Shown piece after piece: positions 30,419 through 45,600 of a stretch of 64,000 nt of DNA; within the stretch, counting starts at the first letter, position 1; every line of letters begins with the position of its first letter. The DNA is from the human T2T-CHM13v2.0 reference genome, Homo sapiens: NCBI RefSeq assembly GCF_009914755.1, contig NC_060940.1. One strand, 5' to 3'. The notes below the pieces were generated by a model, which was given only the letters and a program-made list of their open reading frames with translations, did not search any database and was not told the origin of the DNA. The position numbers and the translations under genes are program-made.

Positions 30419-33400
30419 CCATTCGAGTCCATTTGATCATTCCGGTAGGGTCCATTCGATGTTGATTCCATTGGAGTGCATTCGATGATTCCATTCGAGT
30501 CCATTTTAGGATTTGATTCGAGTCCTTTCGATGATTCCATTCGATTCCACTCGATGATGATTTCATTCGAGTCCATTCGACACTTCCAATCGATTCCATT
30601 TGATGATTCCATTCGAGTCCAATTGATGATTCCATTCAATTCCATTCGATGATGATTCCGTACGATTCCATTCTGTGATGATTCCATGTGATTGCATTCA
30701 ATGATGATTCCTTTCGATTGCATTCGATTATGATTCATTTCGTGTTCATTCTATGGTTCCACAGGTTTCCATTCGTGTCCATTCCATTATTCCATTCTAT
30801 TCCATTTGATGATGATTCCATTCGATTCCATTCATTGGTGATTCCACTCAATTCCATTCAATGATTCCATTCCATTTCTTTCAACAATGATTCCATTAGT
30901 TTCTAATCGATGATCCACTTGATTCCATTTGACGACGATTCCATTCTTGTCCATTCGATGATTCCATTTGATTCCATATGATGATGATTCCATTCGATTC
31001 CATACCATGATGATTCCATTCGAGTCCATTCAATGGTGATTCCATTCAATTCCATTCGATGATTCCTTTCGATTCCATTCGATGATGATGGCATTCGATT
31101 CCTTTCAATCATTCCCTTTGATTCCATTCAAAGGTGATTTCATTCAAGTCCATTCGATAATTGCATTCGATTCCATTCTATGATGATTCCATTCGAGTCC
31201 ATTTGATGATTCCATTCAATTCAAGTCAATGATGATTCCATTCGATTCCATTCGATGATTCCATTGGATTCCATTCGATGATGATTCCATTCAAATCCTT
31301 TCGATAATTCAATTCAACTCCATTCGATGATGATTCCAATCGAATCCATTCAAAGATTCCATTCAGTTCCATTCGATGATTCCCTTAGATTCCATTCGAT
31401 GATTCCACTTGATTGCATTTACGATGATTCCATTCGATTCCATGTGATGATTCCATTCAATTCTATTCAATGATGTCTCCATTTGATTCCATTCGACCAT
31501 GATTGCCTTTGATTCCATTCAATGATTCCATTCGGTTCCGTTTGATGATGATTCCGTTCGATTCCATTTGATGATTCCATTTGATTCCATTGGATGAGTC
31601 CATTCGATTACATTCGATGATTATTCCATTCGAGTGCATTAGATGATTCCATTCGAGTCCATTCGATGATTCCATTCGATTCCATTCGATGTTGATTCTG
31701 TTCAAATCCATTCGATGATTCCACTCGATTCCATTCGTTGACTCCATTTGATCCCATTCGATGATTTCCTTTGATTCCCTTTGATGATCATTCCATTTGA
31801 TTCAATTCGGTGATTTCATTTGATTCCATTCAGTGATGTTTCCATTCGACTCCATTCGATGATGATTCCATTCGACTCCATTCGATTATGATTTCATTCA
31901 ATTCCATTCGATAATGATTCCCTTCGAGTCCATTCGATGATTCCATTCGATTCCATTCAACGATGTTTTGATTCGTGTCCATTCGATGATTCCATTTGAT
32001 TCCACTTGATGATGATTCCATTCGAGTCCATTTGATGATTCCATTCAATTCCATACTCCGATGATTTCTTTTGAGCCCACTCAATGCTTCCACTCGATTC
32101 CATATGATGATGACTCCATTCGATGAAATTCGATGATGATTCCATTCGCTTGCTTTCGATGATGATTCCACTTGAGTCCGTTAGAAGATTCTATTCAATT
32201 ACATTCCATGACGATTCCGTTCGAGTCCATTTGATGATTCCATTAGACTCCATTCGACGATGATTCCATTCGATGTTATTCCATGATTCCATTCGATCTC
32301 ATTCGATGATGATTCCATTCAACTCCATTCGATGTTTCCATTCGAGTTCATTCTATTATTCCATTAGATTCCATTCGATGATGATTCCATTCGATTCCAT
32401 TTGATGATTGCATTCTATTTCATTTGATGATGATTCCATTCGAGTCCACTCGATGATTCCATTCGAGTCCATTTAATGAATCCATTGGTTTCAATTCTAT
32501 GATGATTACATTGGATTCCATTCGTTGATGAATTCATTCGGCTCCATTCAATGATGATTCCATTCAATTCCTTTCAATGTTTCCATTCAATTCCATACGA
32601 TGATGATTCCATTTGATTTGATTCGACAGTGAGCCATTCGATTCAATTCCATGATGATTCTATTTGATTCAATTGGTTGACATTTCCATTCGATTCCATT
32701 CGATGATGATTCCCTTTGATTCCGTTCAAAGATGATTCCATTCTAGCCCATTCAATCATTCCATTCGATTCTATTCAATGATGATTCCATTCATGTCGAT
32801 TTGGTGATTCCATTTGACTTCATTTGATGATGATTCCTTTCAAGTTCATTAGATGATTCCATTCGATTCCATTTGATGATGATCCCATTCGAGTCCATTC
32901 AGTGATTCCATTCGTTTCCATTCCATGATGATTCCATTCCTTTCCATTCAATGATTCCATTCGATTCCGTTTGATGATGATTTCATTCGAGTCCATTTGA
33001 TGATTCCATTTGATTCCATTCGATGATGATTCCATTCGAGTCCATTCGATGATTCTATTCGAATCCATTTGATGATTTCTTTTGATTATATTTGGTGATG
33101 ATTCCATTGGAGTCCATTCAATGATTCCATTCTATTCCAATCGATGATGATTCCATTAGAGTCCATTTAATGATTCCATTTGATTCCAGTCTCTGATGAT
33201 TACATTCGAGTCCATACGATGATTCCACTCAATTCCATATGATGATGATTCCATTCGATTCCATTCGATGATTCCATTCTATTCTATTCAATGGTGATTC
33301 CATTCGAGTACATTAGATGATTCCATTCGATTCCATTCAATGATGATTCTATTTGTGTCCCTTAGATGATTCCACATGATTCCATTAGATGATGATACTA

Positions 33401-36400
33401 TTTGAGCCCATCCAATGATTCCCTTCGATTCCATTCGATGAGGATTCCATTCGATTCAATTCATTGGTGATTCTATTCAATTCAATTCTTTGATTCCATT
33501 CCATTCCATTCGACAATGATTCCATTCGATTTCTTTCGATGATTCCACTCGATTCCACTTGACATTAATTCCATTCGATTCCATTCAATGATTCCATTTG
33601 ATTCCAGTGGATGATGATTGCCATCGATTCCATTCGATCACTCCATTCTATTCCATTTGATGATGATTACATTCGATTCCATTTGATGATTCCATCTGAT
33701 TCTATTCGAGGATTCCATTTGATTCCATTCGATGATGATTCCATTCGAGTCCATTCGATGATTTCATTCGAGTACATCCAATGATTCCATTCGTGTCCAT
33801 TTGATGATTCCATTTGTTTCCATTTGATTATGATTCTACTAGAGTCCATTCAATGACTCCATTCGAGTGCATTCAACAATTCCATTCGACTCCATTCGAT
33901 GATTGCATTCGATTCCATTTGATGATTCCATTCGAGTCCATTTAATCATTACAGTCGAGTCCATTTGGTGATTCCACTGGATTTCTTTTGATAATGATAC
34001 CATTCCATTACATTTGATGATGATCCCATTCAATTTCATTTGATGATGATTCCCTTAGAGTCCATTCGATGATTTCATTCGAGTCCTTTCATTGATTCCA
34101 TCCGATTTCATTTGATGATGACTCCATTCGAGTCCATTCGATGATTCCACTCGATTTCATTAGATGATTCCATTGGAGTCCATTTCATTGTTCCATTCGA
34201 TTCCATTCGATTCCTTTCGAAGATTATTCCATTTGAGTCCATTCGATGATGATTACATTCCATTCCATTCGATGATTCCATTTGATTCCATTTGATGATT
34301 CCCTTCGATTCCTTTCTTTGATGACTGCATTCCATTCCATTCAATGTTTCCATTCGAATCTATTCCATGATGATTCCTTTCGATTCCATTCGCTGATGTT
34401 TCCGTTCAATTCCATTCGATGATGATTCCATTCGATTCCATTCATTGAGGATTCCATTTGATTCCATTCAATGATGATTCCGTTCTATTCCATTCAATGA
34501 TTGCATTCAATTCCATTCAATGATTATCCCATTAGAGTAAACTCAACGATTCCATTCAATACCATTCGATGATGATTCCTTTTGAGTTCATTCAATGATT
34601 TCATTCAAGTCCATTTGATGATTCCTTTCAATTCCATTCTATGATGATTCCATTCGAGTCCATTCGATGATTCCATTCGATTGCATTCCATGATTCCATT
34701 ATATTCCATTCAACGGTGATTCCATTCGAGTCCATTCGATGATTCCATTAGAGTACATTTAATGATTGCTTTGTTTTCAATTCGAAGATGATTACATTCG
34801 ATTCCATTCTATGATACCATTCGATTCCATTCAATGATGATTCCACTCAAATCCATTGGATGATTCCATTCGTGTCCATTCGGTGATTTCATTAGATTCC
34901 ATTCGAGGATGATTCCTTTCGATTCCATTCGATGATTCCATTCAATTCCATTCGATGATGATTCCATTCGAGTCCATATGATCATTCCATTTGATTTCAT
35001 TCGATGATGATTCCATTCGATTCCATTCGATGATTCCATTCTATTCCTTTCGATGATGATTCCATTCGAGTCCATTCGATGATTCCATTCGAGTCCATTT
35101 AATGATTCCATTGGGTTCAATTCGATGATGATTACATTGGATTCCGTTCTATGATTCCATTCAATTCCGTTCATTGACAATTTGATTCCATTCGATGATG
35201 ATTCCATTTGAGTTCATTCGATGATTCTATTCGATTCTCTTCGATGGTGATTCAATTATATTATATTGGATGATGCCATTCGATTCCATTTGATGTTGAT
35301 TCAATTCGATTCTATTTGATGATGATTCCATTGGATTTCACTTGATGATTCTATTCGATTCCATTCAATGATGATTCACTTCTCGTCCATTGGATGGTTC
35401 CATTTCATTCCATTCGATGATGATTCCATTCGATTCCATTCGATGATTCCATTTGATTCCATTCGACGGTGACCAATTCGATTCAATTCCATGATGATTC
35501 TATTTGATTCAATTAGATGATGTTTCCATTCGAATCCATTCCATGATTATTCCATTGGAATCCATTCGGCGATGATTCCATATGAGTCAATTCAATGATG
35601 ATTCCATATGGGTCCGTTCGATGATAATTCCATTTGATTTCATTCGATGCTTCTATTCAATTCCAGTTGATGATGATTCCGTTGGAGTCCATACGATGAT
35701 TCCATTTGATTTCATTTGATGATGATTCCATTCGATTCCATTCGATGATGATTACATTGGATTCCATTCTATGATTCCATTCAATTCCATTCGTTGATGA
35801 TTCGATTCCATTCAATGATGATTCCATTTGAGTTCATTCGATGATTCTATTCGATTCCGTTCGATGGTGATTCAATTCTCTTATATTGGATGATTCCACT
35901 CGATTCCATTTGATGATTATTCCATTGGAGTCCACTTAGTGAATCCTTTAGATTCTACTCGAAGATGATTCCATTCGAGTCCATTCGATGGTACCATTCA
36001 ATTCCATTCGTTGATGCTTCCATTCAAGTGCATTCGATGATATCATTCGATTCCATTTGATGATAATTCCATTTGATTCCATGCGATGATTCTATTCGAT
36101 TCCATTCAATGATAATTCCATTCAATTCAGTGATTCCTCTGGACTCCATTTGATGATGATTCCATTCAATGATTCCATTCGATTCTATTCGAAAATGATT
36201 CCATTTGAATCCATTTGATGATGATTCCATTAGATTCCATTTGATGATTCTATTCGATTCCATTCGACGATGATTCCATTCGATTCCATTTGATGATTCC
36301 ATTATATTCTATTCGATGATGATTCCATTCGATTCCATTCGATGATGATTGGATTCGATTCCATTTGATGATTTCATTTGATTCCATTCGATAATGATTT

Positions 36401-36540
36401 TGATCAATTCCATTCGATGATTCCATTCGATTCCATTCGATAATGATTACATCCGAGTCCATTCGATGATTCCATTTGAGCCCGTTCGATAATTCCATTT
36501 GAGTCCAATCAATGATTGCATTCATTTCCATTCAATGATT
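30419..36540 (+). repeat. Macro-unit U6 (6122 bp; class B front, class C back)
   Basis: Landmarks 30442 and 36564. Extra 10 bp at ~35727-35746; KpnI site GGTACC at 35990. Confidence 0.93.
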
Positions 36541-39500
36541 CCATTCGAGTCCATTTGATCATTCCGGTAGGGTCCGTTCGATGTTGATTCCATTGGAGTG
36601 CATTCGATGATTCCATTCGAGTCCAATTTATGATTTGGTTCGAGTCCTTTCGATGATTCCATTCGATTCCACTCGATGATGATTTCATTCGAGTCCATTC
36701 GACACTTCCAATCGATTCCATTTGATGTTTCCTTTCGAGTCCAATTGATGATTCCATTCAATTCCATTCGATGATGATTCCGTACGATTCCACTCTGTGA
36801 TGATTCCAAGTGATTGCATTCAATGATGATTCCTTTCGATTGCATTCGATTATGATTCATTTCGTGTTCATTCTATGGTTCCACAGGTTTCCATTCGTGT
36901 CCATTCCATTATTCCATTCTATTCCATTTGATGATGATTCCATTCGATTCCATTCATTGGTGATTCCACTCAATTCCATTCAATGATTCCATTCCATTTC
37001 TTTCAACAATGATTCCATTAGTTTCTAATCGATGATCCACTTGATTCCATTTGACGACGATTCCATTCTTGTCCATTCGATGATTCCATTTGATTCCATA
37101 TGATGATGATTCCATTCGATTCCATACCATGATGATTCCATTCGAGTCCATTCAATGGTGATTCCATTCAATTCCATTCGATGATTCCTTTCGATTCCAT
37201 TCAATGATGATGGCATTCGATTCCTTTCAATCATTCCCTTTGATTCCATTGAAAGGTGATTTCATTCAAGTCCATTCGATAATTGCATTCGATTCCATTC
37301 TATGATGATTCCATTCGAGTCCATTTGATGATTCCATTCAATTCAAGTCAATGATGATTCCATTCAATTCCATTCGACGATTCCATTGGATTCCATTCGA
37401 TGATGATTCCATTCAAATCCATTCGATAATTCAATTCAAGTCCATTCGATGATGATTCCAATCGAATCCATTCAAAGATTCCATTCTGTTCCATTCGATG
37501 ATTCCCTTAGATTCCATTCGATGATTCCACTTGATTGCATTTACGATGATTCCATTCGATTCCATGTGATGATTCCATTCAATTCTATTCAATGATGTCT
37601 CCATTTGATTCCATTCGACCATGATTGCCTTTGATTCCATTCAATGATTCCATTCGGTTCCGTTTGATGATGATTCCGTTCGATTCCATTTGATGATTCC
37701 ATTTGATTCCATTGGATGAGTCCATTCGATTACACTCGATGATTATTCCATTCGAGTGCATTAGATGATTCCATTCGAGTCCATTCGATGATTCCATTCG
37801 ATTCCATTCGATGTTGATTCTGTTCAAATCCATTCGATGATTCCACTCGATTCCATTCGTTGACTCCATTTGATCCCATTCGATGATTTCCTTTGATTCC
37901 CTTTGATGATCATTCCATTTGATTCAATTCGGTGATTTCATTTGATTCCATTCAGTGATGTTTCCATTCGACTCCATTCGATGATGATTCCATTCGACTC
38001 CATTCGATTATGATTTCATTCAATTCCATTCGATAATGATTCCCTTCGAGTCCATTCGATGATTCCATTCGATTCCATTCAACGATGATTTGATTCGTGT
38101 CCATTCGATGATTCCATTTGATTCCACTTGACGATGATTCCATTCGAGTCCATTTGATGATTCCATTCAATTCCATACTCCGATGATTTCTTTTGAGCCC
38201 ACTCAATGCTTCCACTCGATTCCATATGATGATGACTCCATTCGATGAAATTCGATGATGATTCCATTCGCTTGCTTTCGATGATGATTCCACTTGAGTC
38301 CGTTAGAAGATTCTATTCAATTACATTCCATGACGATTCCGTTCGAGTCCATTTGATGATTCCATTAGACTCCATTCGACGATGATTCCATTCGATGTTA
38401 TTCCATGATTCCATTCGATCTCATTCGATGATGATTCCATTCAACTCCATTCGATGTTTCCATTCGAGTTCATTCTATTATTCCATTAGATTCCATTCGA
38501 TGATGATTCCATTCGATTCCATTTGATGATTGCATTCTATTTCATTTGATGATGATTCCATTCGAGTCCACTCGATGATTCCATTCGAGTCCATTTAATG
38601 AATCCATTGGTTTCAATTCTATGATGATTACATTGGATTCCATTCGTTGATGAATTCATTCGGCTCCATTCAATGATGATTCCATTCAATTCCTTTCAAT
38701 GTTTCCATTCAATTCCATACGATGATGATTCCATTTGATTTGATTCGACAGTGAGCCATTCGATTCAATTCCATGATGATTCTATTTGATTCAATTGGTT
38801 GACATTTCCATTCGATTCCATTCGATGATGATTCCCTTTGATTCCGTTCAAAGATGATTCCATTCTAGCCCATTCAATCATTCCATTCGATTCTATTCAA
38901 TGATGATTCCATTCATGTCGATTTGGTGATTCCATTTGACTTCATTTGATGATGATTCCTTTCAAGTTCATTAGATGATTCCATTCGATTCCATTTGATG
39001 ATGATCCCATTCGAGTCCATTCAGTGATTCCATTCGTTTCCATTCCATGATGATTCCATTCCTTTCCATTCAATGATTCCATTCGATTCCGTTTGATGAT
39101 GATTTCATTCGAGTCCATTTGATGATTCCATTTGATTCCATTCGATGATGATTCCATTCGAGTCCATTCGATGATTCTATTCGAATCCATTTGATGATTT
39201 CTTTTGATTATATTTGGTGATGATTCCATTGGAGTCCATTCAATGATTCCATTCGATTCCAATTGATGATGATTCCATTAGAGTCCATTTAATGATTCCA
39301 TTTGATTCCAGTCTCTGATGATTACATTCGAGTCCATACGATGATTCCACTCAATTCCATATGATGATGATTCCATTCGATTCCATTCGATGATTCCATT
39401 CTATTCTATTCAATGGTGATTCCATTCGAGTACATTAGATGATTCCATTCGATTCCATTCAATGATGATTCTATTTGTGTCCCTTAGATGATTCCACATG

Positions 39501-42500
39501 ATTCCATTACATGATGATACTATTTGAGCCCATCCAATGATTCCCTTCGATTCCATTCGATGAGGATTCCATTCGATTCAATTCATTGGTGATTCTATTC
39601 AATTCAATTCTTTGATTCCATTCCATTCCATTCGACAATGATTCCATTCGATTTCTTTCGATGATTCCACTCGATTCCACTTGACATTGATTCCATTCGA
39701 TTCCATTCAATGATTCCATTTGATTCCAGTGGATGATGATTGCCATCGATTCCATTCGATCACTCCATTCTATTCCATTTGATGATGATTACATTCGATT
39801 CCATTTGATGATTCCATCTGATTCTATTCGAGGATTCCATTTGATTCCATTCGATGATGATTCCATTCGAGTCCATTCGATGATTTCATTCGAGTACATC
39901 CAATGATTCCATTCGTGTCCATTTGATGATTCCATTTGTTTCCATTTGATTATGATTCTACTAGAGTCCATTCAATGACTCCATTCGAGTGCATTCAACA
40001 ATTCCATTCGACTCCATTCGATGATTGCATTCGATTCCATTTGATGATTCCATTCGAGTCCATTTAATCATTACAGTCGAGTCCATTTGGTGATTCCACT
40101 GGATTTCTTTTGATAATGATACCATTCCATTACATTTGATGATGATCCCATTCAATTTCATTTGATGATGATTCCCTTAGAGTCCATTCGATGATTTCAT
40201 TCGAGTCCTTTCATTGATTCCATCCGATTTCATTTGATGATGACTCCATTCGAGTCCATTCGATGATTCCACTCGATTCCATTAGATGATTCCATTGGAG
40301 TCCATTTCATTGTTCCATTCGATTCCATTCGATTCCTTTCGAAGATTATTCCATTTGAGTCCATTCGATGATGATTACATTCCATTCCATTCGATGATTC
40401 CATTTGATTCCATTTGATGATTCCCTTCGATTCCTTTCTTTGATGACTGCATTCCATTCCATTCAATGTTTCCATTCGAATCTATTCCATGATGATTCCT
40501 TTCGATTCCATTCGCTGATGTTTCCGTTCAATTCCATTCGATGATGATTCCATTCGATTCCATTCATTGAGGATTCCATTTGATTCCATTCTATGATGAT
40601 TCCGTTCTATTCCATTCAATGATTGCATTCAATTCCATTCAATGATTATCCCATTAGAGTAAACTCAACGATTCCATTCAATACCATTCGATGATGATTC
40701 CTTTTGAGTTCATTCAATGATTTCATTCAAGTCCATTTGATGATTCCTTTCAATTCCATTCTATGATGATTCCATTCGAGTCCATTCGATGATTCCATTC
40801 GATTGCATTCCATGATTCCATTATATTCCATTCAACGGTGATTCCATTCGAGTCCATTCGATGATTCCATTAGAGTACATTTAATGATTGCTTTGTTTTC
40901 AATTCGAAGATGATTACATTCGATTCCATTCTATGATACCATTCGATTCCATTCAATGATGATTCCACTCAAATCCATTGGATGATTCCATTCGTGTCCA
41001 TTCGGTGATTTCATTAGATTCCATTCGAGGATGATTCCTTTCGATTCCATTCGATGATTCCATTCAATTCCATTCGATGATGATTCCATTCGAGTCCATA
41101 TGATCATTCCATTTGATTTCATTCGATGATGATTCCATTCGATTCCATTCGATGATTCCATTCTATTCCTTTCGATGATGATTCCATTCGAGTCCATTCG
41201 ATGATTCCATTCGAGTCCATTTAATGATTCCATTGGGTTCAATTCGATGATGATTACATTGGATTCCGTTCTATGATTCCATTCAATTCCGTTCATTGAC
41301 AATTTGATTCCATTCGATGATGATTCCATTTGAGTTCATTCGATGATTCTATTCGATTCTCTTCGATGGTGATTCAATTATATTATATTGGATGATGCCA
41401 TTCGATTCCATTTGATGTTGATTCAATTCGATTCTATTCGATGATGATTCCATTGGATTTCACTTGATGATTCTATTCGATTCCATTCAATGATGATTCA
41501 CTTCTCGTCCATTGGATGGTTCCATTTCATTCCATTCGATGATGATTCCATTCGATTCCATTCGATGATTCCATTTGATTCCATTCGACGGTGACCAATT
41601 CGATTCAATTCCATGATGATTCTATTTGATTCAATTAGATGATGTTTCCATTCGAATCCATTCCATGATTATTCCATTGGAATCCATTCGGCGATGATTC
41701 CATATGAGTCAATTCAATGATGATTCCATATGGGTCCGTTCGATGATAATTCCATTTGATTTCATTCGATGCTTCTATTCAATTCCAGTTGATGATGATT
41801 CCGTTGGAGTCCATACGATGATTCCATTTGATTTCATTTGATGATGATTCCATTCGATTCCATTCGATGATGATTACATTGGATTCCATTCTATGATTCC
41901 ATTCAATTCCATTCGTTGATGATTCGATTCCATTCAATGATGATTCCATTTGAGTTCATTCGATGATTCTATTCGATTCCGTTCGATGGTGATTCAATTC
42001 TCTTATATTGGATGATTCCACTCGATTCCATTTGATGATTATTCCATTGGAGTCCACTTAGTGAATCCTTTAGATTCTACTCGAAGATGATTCCATTCGA
42101 GTCCATTCGATGGTACCATTCAATTCCATTCGTTGATGCTTCCATTCAAGTGCATTCGATGATATCATTCGATTCCATTTGATGATAATTCCATTTGATT
42201 CCATGCGATGATTCTATTCGATTCCATTCAATGATAATTCCATTCAATTCAGTGATTCCTCTGGACTCCATTTGATGATGATTCCATTCAATGATTCCAT
42301 TCGATTCTATTCGAAAATGATTCCATTTGAATCCATTTGATGATGATTCCATTAGATTCCATTTGATGATTCTATTCGATTCCATTCGACGATGATTCCA
42401 TTCGATTCCATTTGATGATTCCATTCTATTCTATTCGATGATGATTCCATTCGATTCCATTCGATGATGATTGGATTCGATTCCATTTGATGATTTCATT

Positions 42501-42662
42501 TGATTCCATTCGATAATGATTTTGATCAATTCCATTCGATGATTCCATTCGATTCCATTCGATAATGATTACATCCGAGTCCATTCGATGATTCCATTTG
42601 AGCCCGTTCGATAATTCCATTTGAGTCCAATCAATGATTGCATTCATTTCCATTCAATGATT
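36541..42662 (+). repeat. Macro-unit U7 (6122 bp, class C)
   Basis: Landmarks 36564 and 42686. EcoRI site at 38652, KpnI site at 42112. Confidence 0.93.
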
Positions 42663-45600
42663 CCATTCGAGTCCATTTGATCATTCCGGTAGGGTCCGTT
42701 CGATGTTGATTCCATTGGAGTGCATTCGATGATTCCATTCGAGTCCAATTTATGATTTGGTTCGAGTCCTTTCGATGATTCCATTCGATTCCACTCGATG
42801 ATGATTTCATTCGAGTCCATTCGACACTTCCAATCGATTCCATTTGATGTTTCCTTTCGAGTCCAATTGATGATTCCATTCAATTCCATTCGATGATGAT
42901 TCCGTACGATTCCACTCTGTGATGATTCCAAGTGATTGCATTCAATGATGATTCCTTTCGATTGCATTCGATTATGATTCATTTCGTGTTCATTCTATGG
43001 TTCCACAGGTTTCCATTCGTGTCCATTCCATTATTCCATTCTATTCCATTTGATGATGATTCCATTCGATTCCATTCATTGGTGATTCCACTCAATTCCA
43101 TTCAATGATTCCATTCCATTTCTTTCAACAATGATTCCATTAGTTTCTAATCGATGATCCACTTGATTCCATTTGACGACGATTCCATTCTTGTCCATTC
43201 GATGATTCCATTTGATTCCATATGATGATGATTCCATTCGATTCCATACCATGATGATTCCATTCGAGTCCATTCAATGGTGATTCCATTCAATTCCATT
43301 CGATGATTCCTTTCGATTCCATTCAATGATGATGGCATTCGATTCCTTTCAATCATTCCCTTTGATTCCATTCAAAGGTGATTTCATTCAAGTCCATTCG
43401 ATAATTGCATTCGATTCCATTCTATGATGATTCCATTCGAGTCCATTTGATGATTCCATTCAATTCAAGTCAATGATGATTCCATTCAATTCCATTCGAT
43501 GATTCCATTGGATTCCATTCGATGATGATTCCATTCAAATCCATTCGATAATTCAATTCAAGTCCATTCGATGATGATTCCAATCGAATCCATTCAAAGA
43601 TTCCATTCTGTTCCATTCGATGATTCCCTTAGATTCCATTCGATGATTCCACTTGATTGCATTTACGATGATTCCATTCGATTCCATGTGATGATTCCAT
43701 TCAATTCTATTCAATGATGTCTCCATTTGATTCCATTCGACCATGATTGCCTTTGATTCCATTCAATGATTCCATTCGGTTCCGTTTGATGATGATTCCG
43801 TTCGATTCCATTTGATGATTCCATTTGATTCCATTGGATGAGTCCATTCGATTACATTCGATGATTATTCCATTCGAGTGCATTAGATGATTCCATTCGA
43901 GTCCATTCGATGATTCCATTCGATTCCATTCGATGTTGATTCTGTTCAAATCCATTCGATGATTCCACTCGATTCCATTCGTTGACTCCATTTGATCCCA
44001 TTTGATGATTTCCTTTGATTCCCTTTGATGATCATTCCATTTGATTCAATTCGGTGATTTCATTTGATTCCATTCAGTGATGTTTCCATTCGACTCCATT
44101 CGATGATGATTCCATTCGACTCCATTCGATTATGATTTCATTCAATTCCATTCGATAATGATTCCCTTCGAGTCCATTCGATGATTCCATTCGATTCCAT
44201 TCAACGATGATTTGATTCGTGTCCATTCGATGATTCCATTTGATTCCACTTGACGATGATTCCATTCGAGTCCATTTGATGATTCCATTCAATTCCATAC
44301 TCCGATGATTTCTTTTGAGCCCACTCAATGCTTCCACTCGATTCCATATGATGATGACTCCATTCGATGAAATTCGATGATGATTCCATTCGCTTGCTTT
44401 CGATGATGATTCCACTTGAGTCCGTTAGAAGATTCTATTCAATTACATTCCATGACGATTCCGTTCGAGTCCATTTGATGATTCCATTAGACTCCATTCG
44501 ACGATGATTCCATTCGATGTTATTCCATGATTCCATTCGATCTCATTCGATGATGATTCCATTCAACTCCATTCGATGTTTCCATTCGAGTTCATTCTAT
44601 TATTCCATTAGATTCCATTCGATGATGATTCCATTCGATTCCATTTGATGATTGCATTCTATTTCATTTGATGATGATTCCATTCGAGTCCACTCGATGA
44701 TTCCATTCGAGTCCATTTAATGAATCCATTGGTTTCAATTCTATGATGATTACATTGGATTACATTCGTTGATGATTTCATTCGGTTCCATTCAATGATG
44801 ATTCCATTCAATTCCTTTCAATGTTTCCATTCAATTCCATACGATGATGATTCCATTTGATTTGATTCGACAGTGAGCCATTCGATTCAATTCCATGATG
44901 ATTCTATTTGATTCAATTGGTTGACATTTCCATTCGATTCCATTCGATGATGATTCCCTTTGATTCCGTTCAAAGATGATTCCATTCTAGCCCATTCAAT
45001 CATTCCATTCGATTCTATTCAATGATGATTCCATTCATGTCGATTTGGTGATTCCATTTGACTTCATTTGATGATGATTCCTTTCAAGTTCATTAGATGA
45101 TTCCATTCGATTCCATTTGATGATGATCCCATTCGAGTCCATTCAGTGATTCCATTCGTTTCCATTCCATGATGATTCCATTCCTTTCCATTCAATGATT
45201 CCATTCGATTCCGTTTGATGATGATTTCATTCGAGTCCATTTGATGATTCCATTTGATTCCATTCGATGATGATTCCATTCGAGTCCATTCGATGATTCT
45301 ATTCGAATCCATTTGATGATTTCTTTTGATTATTTTTGGTGATGATTCCATTGGAGTCCATTCAATGATTCCATTCTATTCCAATCGATGATGATTCCAT
45401 TAGAGTCCATTTAATGATTCCATTGGATTCCAGTCTCTGATGATTACATTCGAGTCCATACGATGATTCCACTCAATTCCATATGATGATGATTCCATTT
45501 GATTCCATTCGGTGATTCCATTCTATTCTATTCAATGGTGATTCCATTCGAGTACATTAGATGATTCCATTCGATTCCATTCAATGATGATTCTATTTGT

